Part shown: piece after piece, positions 1 through 14,700 of the stretch | How positions within the stretch are numbered: the stretch's first letter is position 1 | How the letters are laid out: each line of letters starts with the position of its first letter | Origin: Nymphaea colorata | Taxonomy: Eukaryota | Reading direction: 5' to 3' | Assembly: GCF_008831285.2 (NCBI RefSeq) | Contig: NC_045138.2 | Location: forward strand, 6,758,001 to 6,822,000 | Length of the DNA stretch: 64,000 bases | Made by a program: the position numbers and the translations under genes | Notes under the pieces: generated by a model | What the model was told of the DNA's origin: nothing | The model's database searches: none | What the model saw: only the letters and a program-made list of their open reading frames with translations

Positions 1-59
1 TTTTCTATGGAGATGAGTTTTCTTGTTGCAGAAAAAACTAAGTGCTCTTCATGAATCTG

Positions 60-412
60 GCCAAAGAAGTCACACAAAACGCGTTTTTTTCAAAAAAATG
101 TGAAAAAAACGTGATAAATTAGCTAGCCATTTAAAACTTTTAAAAACCTTAAAAAAACATTAAAAACGAAACACACTTTTTTCATTTTTTCAGTTTTTTA
201 ATGTCAAACATTTTTTTTCATTTTCTATTTTATATATGTTGCAAATCTACTTATCTTTTGATGTTTGTGTTATTAGTTTTTCACTTATTTTACTTTTTCC
301 TTATTTTTAGTTTTTTAAAATTTACCCTTTTTTCCTATTTTTTTCAGTTCATCGTATTATACCCGAGAAAAACCTTGCCGTTTAAAACTCCGAAAAGTTA
401 TTTGAGACTATA
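60..412 (+). mobile_element. MITE copy (family with TATAGTYGCAAA-like termini)
   Basis: Shares core aaatctacttatcttttgatgtttgtgttattagtttttcacttattt with 1209-1606 (inverted), ~655-830 (inverted, partial) and 28270-28614; ends in ttatttgagactata. Confidence 0.65.
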
Positions 413-419
413 ATTCAGA

Positions 420-2170
420 CCACAATTTTACTTTGTCACCATTGACTACAAACCAGTTGATCGAATGACATACATCCTCTCATGCCCACAAAATCCTTCT
501 TCCAAGCCCATGAAATTTTTTGTTTTAGGCTTATATGTCCAAAGACTATACGATATCCCTATGTCTCACAAAGGCTGCCCACTTAGAATCAGAAATTCTA
601 GATTTAAAAGCCACATGAGTCATTTGGGTCTTATTAAAAGCATGGTCACAAATAATGTATCAAAGTTTTAAACGGCGACCTTCTTCTCGCTTAAAAAAAG
701 AAAAAATTCGGTAAATTTTAAAGAAATTTAAAAAACTAAAAATGAGGAGAAAATAAAATAAGTGAGAAACTAATAACACAAACATCAAAATATTGGTAGA
801 GTTGTAACAATAATGGCAGACTCAAGTATCTTGTAAGAAGAGTAATCTTGCCCCACTCTAAGATTATGCTCACATTTTTACATCCCACTTCAGATATATT
901 AAAAGGAAAGAATCCATATTTCTGGTTGTTCGAAGCAATACCAGCAAGTCTTCTCAAATTCCTTGAGCATTGTTTTGGTCTGTATTAAGGATCTCTAATC
1001 ACAATTACAGTAAATGAGCTAGTCATCAAACAAAATAGTTTCTAGGGGACAACTCTAGGGCATCTACAAATCTTGGGTATTTCAATCTTCTTATGAATGA
1101 CAACTCGTTTCAGCTAATTTCTGTCGGTTTTGAAAAAAAATCTTAGGTATTTTAATCTTATTTTCCAATAATCGGCCAGAACTTTTTTTAAAAAATCAAT
1201 GTTATAAGTATAGTTGCAAATAACGTTTCAAAGTTTTAAACAACGAGGTTTTCTCGGGTATAATACAACGAGCTTGAAAAGAAGGGGAAAAACTAGAAAA
1301 ATATGATAAATTTTTAAAATTTTAAGAAAACTAAAAATAGAGAGAAAATAAAATAAGTGAAAAACTAATAACACAAACATCAAAAGATAAGTAGATTTGT
1401 AACAAAGAAAAAGTAAATAAATAAAAAAAAACTGTTTGGCATTAAAAAATAAAAAGGTGAAAAAACTGAAAAAAAACACGTTAAAGACGCTTTTTTTGTT
1501 TTAATGTTTAAAAAAAACGTTTTTTTAAGTTTTAATGGGTAATGTAATTTATCCCATTTTTTCACGTTATTTTTCGAGAAGAAAAAATATGTTTATTGTG
1601 ACTATAATTATAACAACCAGGACTAAGGATACGTCCATTTCCCATGCTAAACACAGCAGATCTAACTTCAAATTCCATTATTGTGACACACAGAAATCTG
1701 TTTTCCAGGTTTGTCACATTCGGCTCTTCACATAATATATCACACATTTCACCTCATTCACCATCATCTAAAAAGAATTTCTCATAGATCATGTATACTT
1801 CAAGGACTATCAGAGCTCCTTCCATTGATATTCATTGCATTAATTTTCTTGTTCTGATTTCTCGTATTAACATAAGAACGAAAGAATTTTGTATTTTGGT
1901 CTCTCTCGTTAACCATTTGATTCTTCCTTTTTGCTTCCCAAAATACTTCTCTAAAAGCTACATCTAACTCTTGCCTTATTAAAAATTCGTAACCATTTGA
2001 ACAATTTCGAACTCTTTGTTGCTCTGATCTTAAATGATTCGCTTGTGCTTGAATATTTCCATAAGATTTTGAGTTCCAACGAGACAGATTCCGGCTAATG
2101 AAATCAAGCTTTTTAACCACTCTAACCATCCGACATCCATAAACATTTGATGCCCAACTATCTGCCACAA
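420..2170 (-). mobile_element. Degraded L1-like LINE ORF2 remnant, fragmented and interrupted by MITEs
   Basis: Minus-strand peptides resemble plant L1 ORF2: LSRWNSKSYGNIQ...EVFWEAKRKNQMVNERDQNTKFFRSY (cf. W.Q.SR..WL..GDRNTKFFH), EVRSAVFSMG (cf. EV..AVFSM...KAPGPDG), ISDSKWAAFVRHRDI and WFVVNGDKVKLW further left. Many stops and deletions. Confidence 0.75.
1209..1606 (-). mobile_element. hAT-like MITE inserted in the LINE remnant
   Basis: Inverted termini tatagttgcaaataa ... ttattgtgactata; flanks gttataag / attataac (6/8 match, degenerate 8-bp TSD). Confidence 0.7.
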
Positions 2171-4804
2171 CCGAGCCCAGCTTGACACCCAATTTTTCGG
2201 CCCGGGCCTGAGCCCGATTCGGGCCAGGACCCAAGTATCCGACAGGCACCCGGGCCAGTGCCCAGGCTTACTTGAGCTCAGGTTCGGACTTGGCCGGATA
2301 ATAACCTGGCATCCTCATTTCCGATTCCCATAACCACGAGCCGCCCCTGGTTTCAGACGCTATGTTGGCTCGGTACACAGTATGGTATGTGAGTTGGTGG
2401 CCTAGGTTCCAAGAGTTACAAAGGAAGCTTCGGGCTCATATTGGTCAAGGGCTGAGGACCAGAGTTAAACTCTAGGAGATCTAATCTCCAGTTGTTCCTC
2501 AAAAGAGGGTTCCTTCGGCCCAACATATTTTGGGAGGCTGGGACCGTCTGGACCTCGGCTGATGCCATCAACACTTGGACCTTGGGGTACTATATATGTC
2601 GGGGGCAGAGCTAGAAAATTTTATTAAGAAACATTAGTTATTATAATTTAAAATTTTTATAAGAAAAAAAATGTTATGAAAATAAACAATTTTTATTGAT
2701 CATTGGGAGGGACGATACTGAGTTATTATGCTTAATTGCTTCCACCGGCAAGGGTGGGTGAGAGTCTGATTATATGGGATGTCGCTAAACCCGATTCGGA
2801 TCAGATATCTAAACAAAATGCTTGGAAAAAGTTAGATATGAAAAAGAATTAACACCTAATTAAAATATCAGATTGGATTTAGATTTAAAAAATGACATTT
2901 GACTGGATTTGGTTTAAAATAAATATCAGAGCAGATTCAGGCCGGATTCGTATTTGGATTAGTTTTAGATAAATAACTTATATTCGGTATTCATACGGTT
3001 TCAAATATAGTCGAGCTTTTACACAATACTTTTCCATCCTTTGTATAGCAATTTTTGTGCCTTATTTTTTGTCAACAAAATGGCCGGAGTCTTTGTATAA
3101 CTGATAAAGGTGGCATCTTGTTAGACAATTGTTGGTAAAACTTAGGCATATATAGGAAAAATAAAAAAACGTGAGGCCTATATTTGACACGAAATGGTCA
3201 ACTAAATGAGAATTTCCAAAGAAAAAAAAATTGCAATTTAGGACACACAGAAAAAAAAAGTATGCATTTGCTAAGCCAAAGATAACTATGAAATGATGCG
3301 TTTGTATCACCAAGTTCATGGTATCGATCGCTCCAGTAGAAGGGTGGAGCCATAAATTTTTCATGAACGGGTTCAATTAAAGTTTCCAAATTTTGACACG
3401 AACCGAAATTATCATTTTTCAAAATTTTTATATTAGACAAATAAAATTTTCTAAAATTTATATGTAATTTAAAAAAAAAAAGAGGTGCGGGCACGGCCCA
3501 TGCAGGCCCACCCTTGGCTCCACCCCGGGTCCAATCTGCTATTGATTTCTTGTACTTAGTTGTTTTTTACTTTATAACCATGTCCCCCAAAGAAAGAAAA
3601 AAACAAAGGAAAAGCCAAAGAATGTAACCAAAATCAGGTTCTCATAGCCTAAGCCTAATTTTGATCCTATTTGCTCCAAGTTTGTTCTCCTTTTCATTAT
3701 GAACGTCTCAAGGGACATAGCATAGGTGGTTGGACTGATGGGCGAGTGAAAATTTGGTCATCAATTTGATTTCAATAGATGCAATTTCTCTATACTGTAA
3801 ACGGTGAATGCACAACACTACGCAATCATAAATCCTGTTGCATGTGATAGCCTTGGATATTACAATGCAGTCACGAATCCTTGCCCCCCTTGTCCTACTA
3901 CAAGAGCTGGACTATAGATAAATTCATTAAAGTTGTGTTTGATAGCCTCGGATCTTAGATCTAATGCTGCATTAAAAGATGCACATCCCAAAATCATTAG
4001 CTTAAACAAATTAAGGATCTCTATAATGTGAATCTTAAATCCACTTTGCATGTTAAGGACTATGCATTTAAGGTTGGATGGGAGGGAAGTCTGATTTTAA
4101 ATCTATAGATTTGAGATCTTAGATCTGAGATCCATGGTGAAACAAACACGCCCTAAAAGTCAAGATCAGATTCTCTACAGTGGAGGTGGCTGGTCTAGGC
4201 TGATGTGGGCCACTGCCCACACAAGTCCGTGAAATTAACTTGTTAATTTTTATTGTTTATATACAAGTGACTCTTAAAATTTAAAACTTAACCAAATCTC
4301 TGCACCATATAAATTATGACAACCCTTAAACCAGACCTGCCCCAGGTGAAAACATGTAATTGATATTGCATCGAGAGATCGTAGAGCATACTTTCTGGCA
4401 CATAAAAGGGTGTTTTTGATAAGAAGAATCACAATACCCCCTCATATGATCAGACATTTTGTTTGGCCCCTTTTTTGTCAAATTGGTGGAGCACAATTCA
4501 TTGATTTTTCACTTAACACAAGCCGTGGCCGAGGCAGAATTTCTAACTGAAAATCGTGAATACTTACTAAATGAATTTGACACCTTTCAAAAATTATTAG
4601 ACCACCCTTCAAGTATACTGGAAAATGGCTAATGGGTATTAATATATAAATAAGACATTAACAAAAAAAAATAAGCAAATTGTGCAGGTCTGTGCAAGCA
4701 TTTGCCCCTACAAGTCGACGTATATCCCCGCCACTGATTATCTACTTTGGGACGAGATTCAGACATGTTTACATGTTTCAAGGCATGCATTGCCGCTTGT
4801 ATAT

Positions 4805-5207
4805 TGTAACACTTCAAAAATTTAGGTCTATATCTAAGATTGTAGAGAATCTTAAGAGACTTATAAACAAGTTGTTAAGTGAATGGTTGTTCTAATTTTT
4901 ACCCTTTTTTTTTATAGAATTGATTGAATCTATTTGTATTGAGATCCATCAAACCGGACTGTTACAATGGTATCAAAGCCGGTTCAACGCTCAGACTTAG
5001 AATCTCATAGAAGTGGATGCGTGTGCCTTAAGAAAGGCAAATTGTAACACCTATCAGTTTAGTCTAGTATATAAGATTAGAAAAAAAAAATTGAAAAACT
5101 TATAAAGCAGGCTGTTAAGTGATTGATTGTTCTGGTTCTTATCTTTTTTTAGGGTGGAACAAAAACTATTAAGGGGTGAATTAGAATCTGAAAGCCGGAT
5201 TGTCATA
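4805..5207 (+). mobile_element. TRIM (terminal-repeat retrotransposon in miniature), old
   Basis: Two diverged ~162-bp direct repeats, 4805-4966 (TGTAACAC...ccggactgttaCA) and 5043-5207 (TGTAACAC...ccggattgtcata). tRNA-Met PBS tggtatcaaagc at 4968-4979, 76-bp internal region, purine tract aagaaaggcaaa just before the second repeat. Confidence 0.8.
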
Positions 5208-6296
5208 AATACTCTCCCCAAATTTGTCATCACAGAATTCACTATCCTTTTGGATGATGCTAAAACAATGTTTAGTTTATGTCCATCTTAGCATGAAAAT
5301 TCATTCTTTTGAACACAAATTTTCATGCTAAAATCAGATCTATATCATGATTTTGGCATTACGGGATCTTTTTTGTTATAAAAAAGAACCATTTTTTCCC
5401 CACAACAACTATGTCTTGTATGTTTCAGCTTATATATGTCAGCCCAAGACAACGAATCTCAAACTTGGGCTTCCATTTGTGGACACATCAACATAACTTC
5501 ATTGAAAATTTACATGTAATTTTTAAAAAATTTCACTTGTATATAAAAATTTTGAAAAATAATATTTCAGAACTTGTCAAAATTTAGAAATTTTAATTTA
5601 GCCCTCCTCATAAAAAATTTCTGGCTCCGCCCATGAAGAAAATGAATCTCAAACTCCGGCTTCCATTTGTGGACCCATCTATATAACTTCATTGAAATAA
5701 GATTACAAAAAAGAGATCCTTGTTGTTGCTTTGGTTGCTTTTGTTTACCACAGATCACAAAATCACCTAGCATTTCCAATCCAAAAATTTAATGTCGCCC
5801 TCTGTCAGACCTTAAACTCATGGTTTATATATATATATATATATAAAGCATAGATTCGAGATCCATTGTATTGATATCCTCTGTTAGTTTAAAGTGAAGA
5901 TCTTACATAGCGCAACTTTTAAAGTAGCTTCGGATCTTACATCCTTCGTCGTTTTCGCTTTTAGTTTCTTGCATTCCTTTTGTGTGGTTTCCTTTGTTTC
6001 CCTTATTTCTTTGAAGTTTTGTTTTATTGTTGTATTCAGTCACAAAGTTAGTTTAATAGTATGTTAATGTTTTGATATATTTGATTGTTTATATATATAA
6101 GTGTTAAAAAAAAAAAGATATCAAATTAGTGCCCCCACCAAAAAAAAGATCTGACTGTGGTTGTATCAATGCTTTAAGAACCGAACAATTTATCTAGATA
6201 TGTTAAACGAATTTAGTTATAATTACTAATTGCATCTGAATTGAGTATGGAGATCGGTCACCAGATTTGAACATGAGCTAGATATTCAACTGAGAT

Positions 6297-6488
6297 CAGG
6301 GGCGGAGCCAAGGTAGGACCGCATGGGCCCTGGCCCCACCTCAAAAAATAAAATAAAAATACATGTAAATTTTAAAAAAATTCACTTGTTCTATGTAAAA
6401 AATTTTGAAAAATGATATTCAGTCTTAATCAAAATTTAGAAACGTTAATTTGGCCCGTCTTATTAAAAAAAAAAATGGCTCTGGCCTG
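6297..6488. mobile_element. hAT-type MITE (CAGGGGCGGAGCC family)
   Basis: Starts caggggcggagcca, ends tggctctggcctg; perfect 8-bp TSD ACTGAGAT at 6289-6296 and 6489-6496. Related partial copies near 3340-3528, 5507-5635, 7400-7655, 8795-8925 and 18420-18602. Confidence 0.85.
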
Positions 6489-7228
6489 ACTGAGATGTGA
6501 TACGAATTCAACGTACTTCGCATGTAAATGTGGGAATTCATCCTCGTTGAATCCCAATTCAGTTTTTAAAAATGGTGGCCAAATTCAATCAAGTTGAATT
6601 TCGGGCAACCTGGCTCATGTAAGAAGTGACGCCCACGGGAATCAAACTGTAACTTCTTACACGATGGCCACTATATTAAACTCATCATTTTGCCGCACTG
6701 ATCCAATGTGATGGACTCGGATCCATCAAATTTAAGCCTTACAAACCATGACCTAATCAGATACCATCCAATCATATTTTGATCCAGACACATATCTGAA
6801 CCAGACCTTTTAAAGCTGACCCCATATTTTGAATGTCAAACATTCACATATAAAGTGTGTCGGATCCGAGTTGAGTTATTAATCCGGTCCACTTTCTTAT
6901 CAAACCCCACCAATCGGATACAAGTTCAAATCTGTAACAGATGATCCAATCCATTGACATCCCTAAGTCAAGTATGGATGAGATCATATATATCTAGCAA
7001 ACCCATCTGAATCTTCAACAGTACCAGATCTCATACTGCTCCATTACATCACCTCCTGCTCAAGTCCACTCCACAAAAGTCTCTCTGAAAACTTTTTGGG
7101 TCTTCCACTATATCATTTTATTCATCTTTTGGTATTGAATTCCAAGGATAATGATGCAGGGAATATGATAAACAGTAACCCAAAAAGTAAAAACAGAAGG
7201 GCATTGAGGAGAAAATGCGTGTGTGCAT

Positions 7229-7229
7229 G

Positions 7230-7278
<49 letters not shown>
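7229..7278. repeat. (CA)n(TA)n compound microsatellite
   Basis: Direct reading. Confidence 0.95.
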
Positions 7279-7280
<2 letters not shown>

Positions 7281-7760
7281 TTCTTTCTTTCCAATGGGCA
7301 TCTTGTGCCCATTGACTCGCTGCCTACCAGCCACTTGCCGGGGTCCGAGACTCTTAAGGCCTTCGTGGGTCCCCATATGAAAGAGCATTTTGAGGGGAGT
7401 TTTTTTGGCCCATCATTTCACCCTGACCCCATCTCAAAAATAAATTAAAAATTCACTTGTAAATTTTAGAAAATTTCACTTGTTTTATATAAAAATTTTA
7501 AAAAATAACATTTTGGTGCTAGTCAAAATTTAGAAAATTTAATTCGGCTCTCCTTATTAAAAAAAATCTAACTTAGTCACTGGTTCTTGATAAGTGAGTG
7601 TTTTAGAAACTTTAATTCGGTCCCCCTCATGAAAAAATTCTGACTCCGCCCATGGTTATTGATAAGTAAGTATTCACTGATTTTAAAACCAAAGAGTCAG
7701 TTCTTGGCAACCTCACTGCTGGTGCCACCACCATGCTTAGGAAAGTCTTCCCTTCTTAAT

Positions 7761-7762
<2 letters not shown>

Positions 7763-7799
<37 letters not shown>
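7763..7799. repeat. (GA)n microsatellite
   Basis: Direct reading. Confidence 0.95.
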
Positions 7800-7802
<3 letters not shown>

Positions 7803-9810
7803 CATTTAAGTGCCTATCTTGTAACTAAAATAAGCCCTAGCTTTCTAATTTTCCAAATGTGAACTTCATTTTTTCTTTTAAACAAGGATCATAGTTTAAA
7901 TGTTAGTTTGGTTGGTAAAATATGGAGCAGCTTGGTAAAAGGGAATAGTTTGTTACCATTTCTATGAATCTACTTTGATTTTGAGGCAACCCAAATCGAA
8001 TAACGAACCATTCCTATTGTCAAACAACCCTTAAGAGTTATGCTTCGTGTGAACGGCACTTTCTAACTGATCAAAGAAACAATTATGCAGTAGATATTAT
8101 TTTTATTTTTTCATTCAAATCGTCAGCAAAGTGAGAACTGTGACAAGAAAATGAGAAAAGAGAGGTTCGTTTCTTGAAATGTTCTAAAAATTGGAGCCTT
8201 AATGGGAATTTCACAAAAGTACAAAAAAGAGAGTGGTTGAAGAATCTATAACAGTTCATCTCCTCATCCTCCACTGTCTTTTCTCATCTGATGTGCTAAA
8301 ATGACCATACAAAAGTGAGATAGTTATAAATGATTTTTCAACAACTATCTCTTCTCTACATATATTAAAACCAGTAATTGATGTTTTTATGAAAGTAACT
8401 AAATTGACTTACAAACACATATTGTTAGATATGCTTTTATGTCATTTTCTTTTTGTAGCCATTTGATGAGATCATCATCCTTCTAAGTCTTTCTATGACA
8501 CTTCCCATCATCTTTTTTTTATGACAATGTTGTATCCAATTAGAACACCAGATGATAAAATAATTATAAAAAAAACTGACAAGAAATCAAGAGAAAATTA
8601 GATGTTATGAGCAAAACTTGCCATTATTGTTATCATTTCTTGTTGATAGAAAGAGACTGCTAGCTGTTTAGTTTTGGAATCTTCTTTCCTCCAAATGAAA
8701 TAGCAACCCATTATCATATATAGGACATCCTTATAGGATGTGATTTATGAGATGATCTGTTCATAAGAAAAAACAATAGGAAACACACAAAACATATAGG
8801 ACCAAAGCTAGAAATTTTTTATGAGGAAAACCGAATTAAACTTTTTAAATTTTGACAAAAACCGAAATATCATTTTTTAAATTTTTATATAGGACAATTA
8901 AATTTTTAAAAAAAATTGAGAGGTTGTCAGACCCCTGTAGGCCCTCCCTTGGCTCCACTCTTGCATACATATATACGCACATATATATTACATGCATTTG
9001 TTTTCCCACATATCACCATGAATCTCAGGTCCGCGATAATCAACACCAACCGTATAGTATTTATGACAACTCCAACAATTTTCTAATATTTTTCTCATAA
9101 ATGCTCAGTGTTTTAAAAGTTAATTAAAAATTGAGATAAATAGAATTATTTTAGTTGCCTCTCAATGGCGCGTGTTGAGAGAGATTATTTAAGTTATTGA
9201 TGCAGAATAATTAAATGAATATTTCCTAGTTTGGTTTTTTTGTTTTTTTCTGTTAGTAAAAAAACCAATCTTGCCGTGTGAAACTTCAATTTAGCCTGGC
9301 GACGTTCGACCTCCCTGGACATTTTATAAAAGTCTGACAATAACGCGACATTGCATCACAAGGTAGACAAACAAGCAATTGGATGATCAGGTCAATCCAT
9401 CACAGTCAAGCGAAGCTTGGGAAGACTTACCGATGGATTGTAAATAAATAAGAAAATGGTCGAAATCACTTCATAATCACTAGTTTCTTTATTTTCTCAA
9501 AATACATTACACAACATAATGAGTCTGTGTGTGCATAATAATATATATTTATTTATTTATTGGAATCGCTAGCCTAATTAAGGCTATCCAATCCAATACA
9601 GTTGAAAGAAAAAAAGGTGATGGGTGTATATATATAATATATATATATTGGGTGAATGATGATTACCATCTAATTAGTTGTTCATCTAAAACAAAAGAAT
9701 GGTTGAAAGAAAAAAAAAATATGTGTGAATAAATATTAGATAATAAAAATATCCATCAGTTTTTTCCCTTTGTTATTCTATTAACCATTTATTATGTTGG
9801 ATTGGACAAC

Positions 9811-9814
<4 letters not shown>

Positions 9815-9863
<49 letters not shown>
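9815..9863. repeat. (TA)n microsatellite
   Basis: Direct reading. Confidence 0.95.
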
Positions 9864-9866
<3 letters not shown>

Positions 9867-11782
9867 AGAGTCATCCAACCAAAAGTTGTCTAATCCATCT
9901 ATTAATATTAGATAGTTGAAAGAAAAACATAGAAAAAATATAATGAACTTATTTGTCCTCTATTATTAGTTCATAGTTTTTTTCTTTTTGTTTTTTCTCA
10001 ATAGTTTACTTGCTTAGTATAAACAACCTTGGTTAAATGACTCAATGACTTTTGGATAGTCAACATCATTATTCACTTAATATATATATAATGGGTTCAA
10101 TTATTGTGAAGCTTGTTTTTAAGACCTTGGGCACCGAGAAATTTTCCGACAGAATGATATTAGTCTTTTACTATTGCCGTGAAGATGAAGATTGATAAGT
10201 AAACACCTACCATCATAGACAAGAGGCCTCGTTATGCCAAGTCCACCAAGGAATCGAAAGACTGGCACCTTTTTTTTCTTCCCTTCTTTTTGACCCACAG
10301 GAAATGACTCGAACTGTGATTCCCCTCCTTACATTGGTTGAAGATACCATGTTCCTGTTGCCACAGCTTTAGCATTATTCTAGATTATGGAGTCTCAAAA
10401 AGTTCTCTCTCTCTCTCTTGTGAGTCAAAAAGAGAAAGCCTGCTAAGCGATATCATGACTAGCGAACAAAATATTATATTAAAAAAAGAGGGAGAGAGAG
10501 ATTGAGTGAATTAGGAGTGAATTTGAGCTATCTCAATCACCCTTAGGGCCTTTCATTAGCATATGCTGCTGATTTTTAACTAAATAAAAGGTATCATTTT
10601 CTTTTTGCTTGTGCAAGTTGACCAAGGAAGACTACATGGTCAACTGGACAATTAGCAGGTTAGGGTTACATTAGTAAGTGGAATAGGGTAACGAATTTAC
10701 TCCAAAAGTTGAGACAGATTATAGAATACATTTTATCACTGATTTGTCTCAATCTTTGTGCAATATTAATACACAATCTTTTGTTTGCCAAACGAACCCT
10801 TAACGTCTTCCTCCCCCTACGATTGGTAAGCTCACCTTAACTTCAATCTTACAACAAAAGTACATGCCTGATAGGTTACAGAGATTGCTCAGAGATTCTG
10901 ATTGGCAATGTGAAACAAACAAGTGATTTGAGAAGATAAAATGTGCTAAGTCACATGGGTATTTCAATAAGATTGCCAATAGCCATACAGTGCTGCTAAG
11001 GCAGCACGGCAAAGCGAGTAACTGGATACTGATCCAAGCTAGCTACTTTTACTTAACTTAACTTACTTCTTACTCAGTTTTCTTTCTGTTTTTTTTTTTG
11101 TGAGCTATTGGTCATTAACATGTATTATTTTTATTATATTAGTTATTTATTTAAATGTTGCTTTCTTTCTGAACGTTTTTGTGGTGTTTTGCATATGTAC
11201 ATCTACATACTCTGTGGTACCTTATACCAACATTTTCTAAATTTACCGTGCCCATAAGCGCACCTCTATACTTGTACCCAAACCTGTAAACCGACTTTTA
11301 TGTGTGGACACTGATGAAAGATGCGTGAAACATCAAGTCACCTGATCTACGATTGGGGACCAACAGTCGGTCTAATTTCTGGTGACAAAGCCATCATGTT
11401 GCATTTATACTTGGAGAAAAAACTCTCAGAGAGAGATCCATACAGTATATGAATAGTGGTCTGATGGAAACTTTACATACACTGTAGTGAAAGCAAGGGA
11501 AAGACAGGTTGCGCTTACAGAATAACATAAAAACTCTTAAGAGGTTTCTCTTAAGATGTGGCAAGACCTTCACAATTTTCCAGGAAGGCTACAGAACAAA
11601 AGGATGGGTGTTGACATCCTTATCATCAAGGCAAGGAGGAGGGCATCAATCCTTCTAACCACCTCCCATCCAAGGCCCATATATATGCTAAGGTATATAT
11701 TTCATAAAAGAAAAAAATTTTGAAGTAAAAAAAAAGGACTATACAGAGCTTATGGGTATATAGGCAACTGAGAGGTGAGCAG

Positions 11783-14700
11783 TCAACCAAAACTGGAAGC
11801 CAGAGTTCCTCGTCTTCGCAGGTAATCCTCCAGGCACTTGTCCTTTGTGATCTGGGCAATGCTCTTCCGCATACTGCTCGTAGATAGTGAGTCCTCTTCT
11901 ACATCAAGCAATGCAAGGTCGAGGTAAGATTGAATATTAGGCGCAGGGAATGCTTCATCTTCTAGGCCATCTAGCTCCTCGGAATCAATGCAAATTTGAA
12001 ATTTTGCCCACTTTGCCACATCTTCATCTCCTTGGAGTAACTTCAAAACCTACTTCAGAAAGTGGACAACTTAATGCGCCACAAAAAACTAAGAAAAAAA
12101 TGCTTAAGCAAGCCAATTTCCACAACCCAAAAGAATTATATACTTCAATTGATATTTCACCAACATTTGCATACTAATTTGTACAATAACACTTGTGCAA
12201 CTGGGTGTTAAAAATCACTTGGTTTGGACAAGCATAGACATCTCCAAAATAGTGGTTGTGTTGATGAATGTACATTTTTCTTTAACACCAAGTGATTCTT
12301 GTATAAATTTTTTAAGGGTAAACTGCCATGATGTTGACTGTAAGTTAAGCAAATGTGAAGTTGTGAACTGAAATTTTTTGCATATGTCCTGAGACAAGAT
12401 CGAATTAACAAGAAGATGCAGATACAAGGCCAAGTAATCACCACATCCATCCGAGGCCTGAAACGTGGTGCACGTCTCAGACATGTCAAAGCAGCTAGCA
12501 TCATCCTTGTCATCTGACTAGCATCGTAGTTTTTGCCTAATGTTGGATCAAGGACCTTATCAAATTCTCCCTTCTGTAGAAGTGGCATGGCCTGTTCATT
12601 AATTCAAGAGAAGCAGAAGCCAGAAGTCATGGAATCATCAGGTTGAAAAAGCATGGGATTAATAATGTGGGTCCTGTGTTTCAGCAAAAGAAATAAATAA
12701 GTTCTTACCCACATGACCAAGCTTTCTCGGCCTTTTGGAGATTCATTACTGATTGGCTTCCTCCCTGATAGTAGCTCAAGAAGAACAACACCAAAGGAGT
12801 ATACATCAATTTTATCATTTACCTTTCCATGCATAAAATACTCGGGTGCCAAATACCTGTAATGAAAAAAATAAACCATTGTTAGCATCCCTGTTAAGAA
12901 AAGCTTTTTTCCAATGACTTATCAAGTCATTCATGGAAGAACAGGAGAAGATACAAACCCAAAAGTCCCAGCAACATCATTGCAAGTTATATGAGAAGAT
13001 ACAGGCACCCACTTGGCTAGACCAAAATCGGACAACTGAAAACTCCACAAAAGACAAATGGTGTAACGAGATATGTAGGAACAAGCAGTGGAAGAAATAA
13101 GTTTTCTAGTATAAACATCATACCTGAGCCTCAAAGGAATCAGAGAGAAGTATATTTGATGACTTAACATCCCTATGTACCACTGGAGGGGAATTGGCAT
13201 TATGAAGATAAACTAGTGCGCGAGCCACGCCAACTGCGACTTTGTACCTCTCCGCCCAAGAAAGGAAGTGTTTGTCCTTTGAACCTGGATAAAAATAAAA
13301 AACATGTGTAAGAAAGCAAACATTGTAGCATACAGCGATCATTGTCAAAATGGCACTCACCGTGAAGGTTTTCTTCCAGGCTGCCTCTAGATAGGAAATC
13401 ATAGACAAGCAGAAAACTACTTTTCGTGAAACAAAAGCCAACCAAAGATATTATATTCTTATGCTTGAGAGTAGTGGCCATTTCAATCTCCAGAAGGAAT
13501 TCTTTCCAAGCATCATTGGAGGACTTCAAGATTTTCACAGCTAATTCTCTGCCATCACAAAGACAACCCTTGTACACACGGCTGCTGCCTCCTTTACCAA
13601 CCAAATTGTCTATTGTGAAAAACAAAGATCTAATTAGATGAAACCAGAACTCAACGACAAGTGATTTTGACATTGAAGAATGGGTTACCAAGAGGATAGA
13701 AAACCTGATGAGAATTGTGATGTAGCACGTGCAAGCACTTCATAGCTGAACAATCTACAAGCAGAAGCATGCCGATGATAAAGAGTCTTCAGCTCCTTTG
13801 GTAAATTTTCATACTCCTTTTGAGGCTTCCTGTCATCTATACAATCTGTAGGAACTAATTCCCGTCGTCTATTGCTATTACAAGCATTACCAAAGGCAGG
13901 TGCAGAGGTATTCTTTTTCTTAGATTTGTAATCTGAAGTTATTGCTGCAGAATACCTGCTTGGCAGCTGCATAGCCCATTGAACAACAGAAATCTGGCTT
14001 GTTGAATTGGGATCTCCTCTGTTTGGTAAAAATTTTCTTCTTAGAAGGGGCCAACCAGGTTTTAACTCCGACATCTCGTTCATCAGGAGAGGAATAGGAT
14101 TTGATGCAGCTCCTAGCTTTTGAACTGGAACGAGCGCCCATTCCTTTTTAGCATCGGTAGTTGGACAGTCGCTGCTTATGCAAGGCTTCCGGCCTAAAGA
14201 ATCAGCTTTTTCCTTGTTGTTGACAGCCTTGTCCTTTCCTCTTCCCTCTGCTTCAATTTTGCAAACTTGGCAGGTGTCTTTTGGAGTATTCAACTTGAAG
14301 GCATCAGTAAAGACTAAGCCACCTTCATCGTAACTATTCACAGAGGGTGAATCTCTGGTTCCAGTGGACATCCGAGTACGAAATTGAGGTGAATCTCCTG
14401 ACTCAGAGCACGTTCCGCTGTCTTCATTCGTTGACGCATCATCAGAACTATTACTCAAAACCTTGGAACTCTTGCTTAATGTCCTCTGTAGCACACCAAA
14501 TATCTTAGTTCTGCGTGATTCATCTAGGACACCTGTTCGACAAAGAACAGGGTGTTCAGTAGGTAGCTTGATCGCGTACCTGCAAATATCATCATACGAA
14601 TGAACTGCTATAAAACTGCAAAAGAAACCTTGACGATTTAATGCCGATGCTTCTCTTTGAAACATAACTTTTCCATTACTGACAGCCAAAATTGAACAGC

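Noticed and set aside
6620..6690. tRNA-like box B motif (also near 10300 and 24630)
   Set aside because: No cloverleaf; at most decayed SINE fragments.
14575..14586. Alternative acceptor inside intron 4
   Set aside because: Would give a 49-nt intron and shift the frame.
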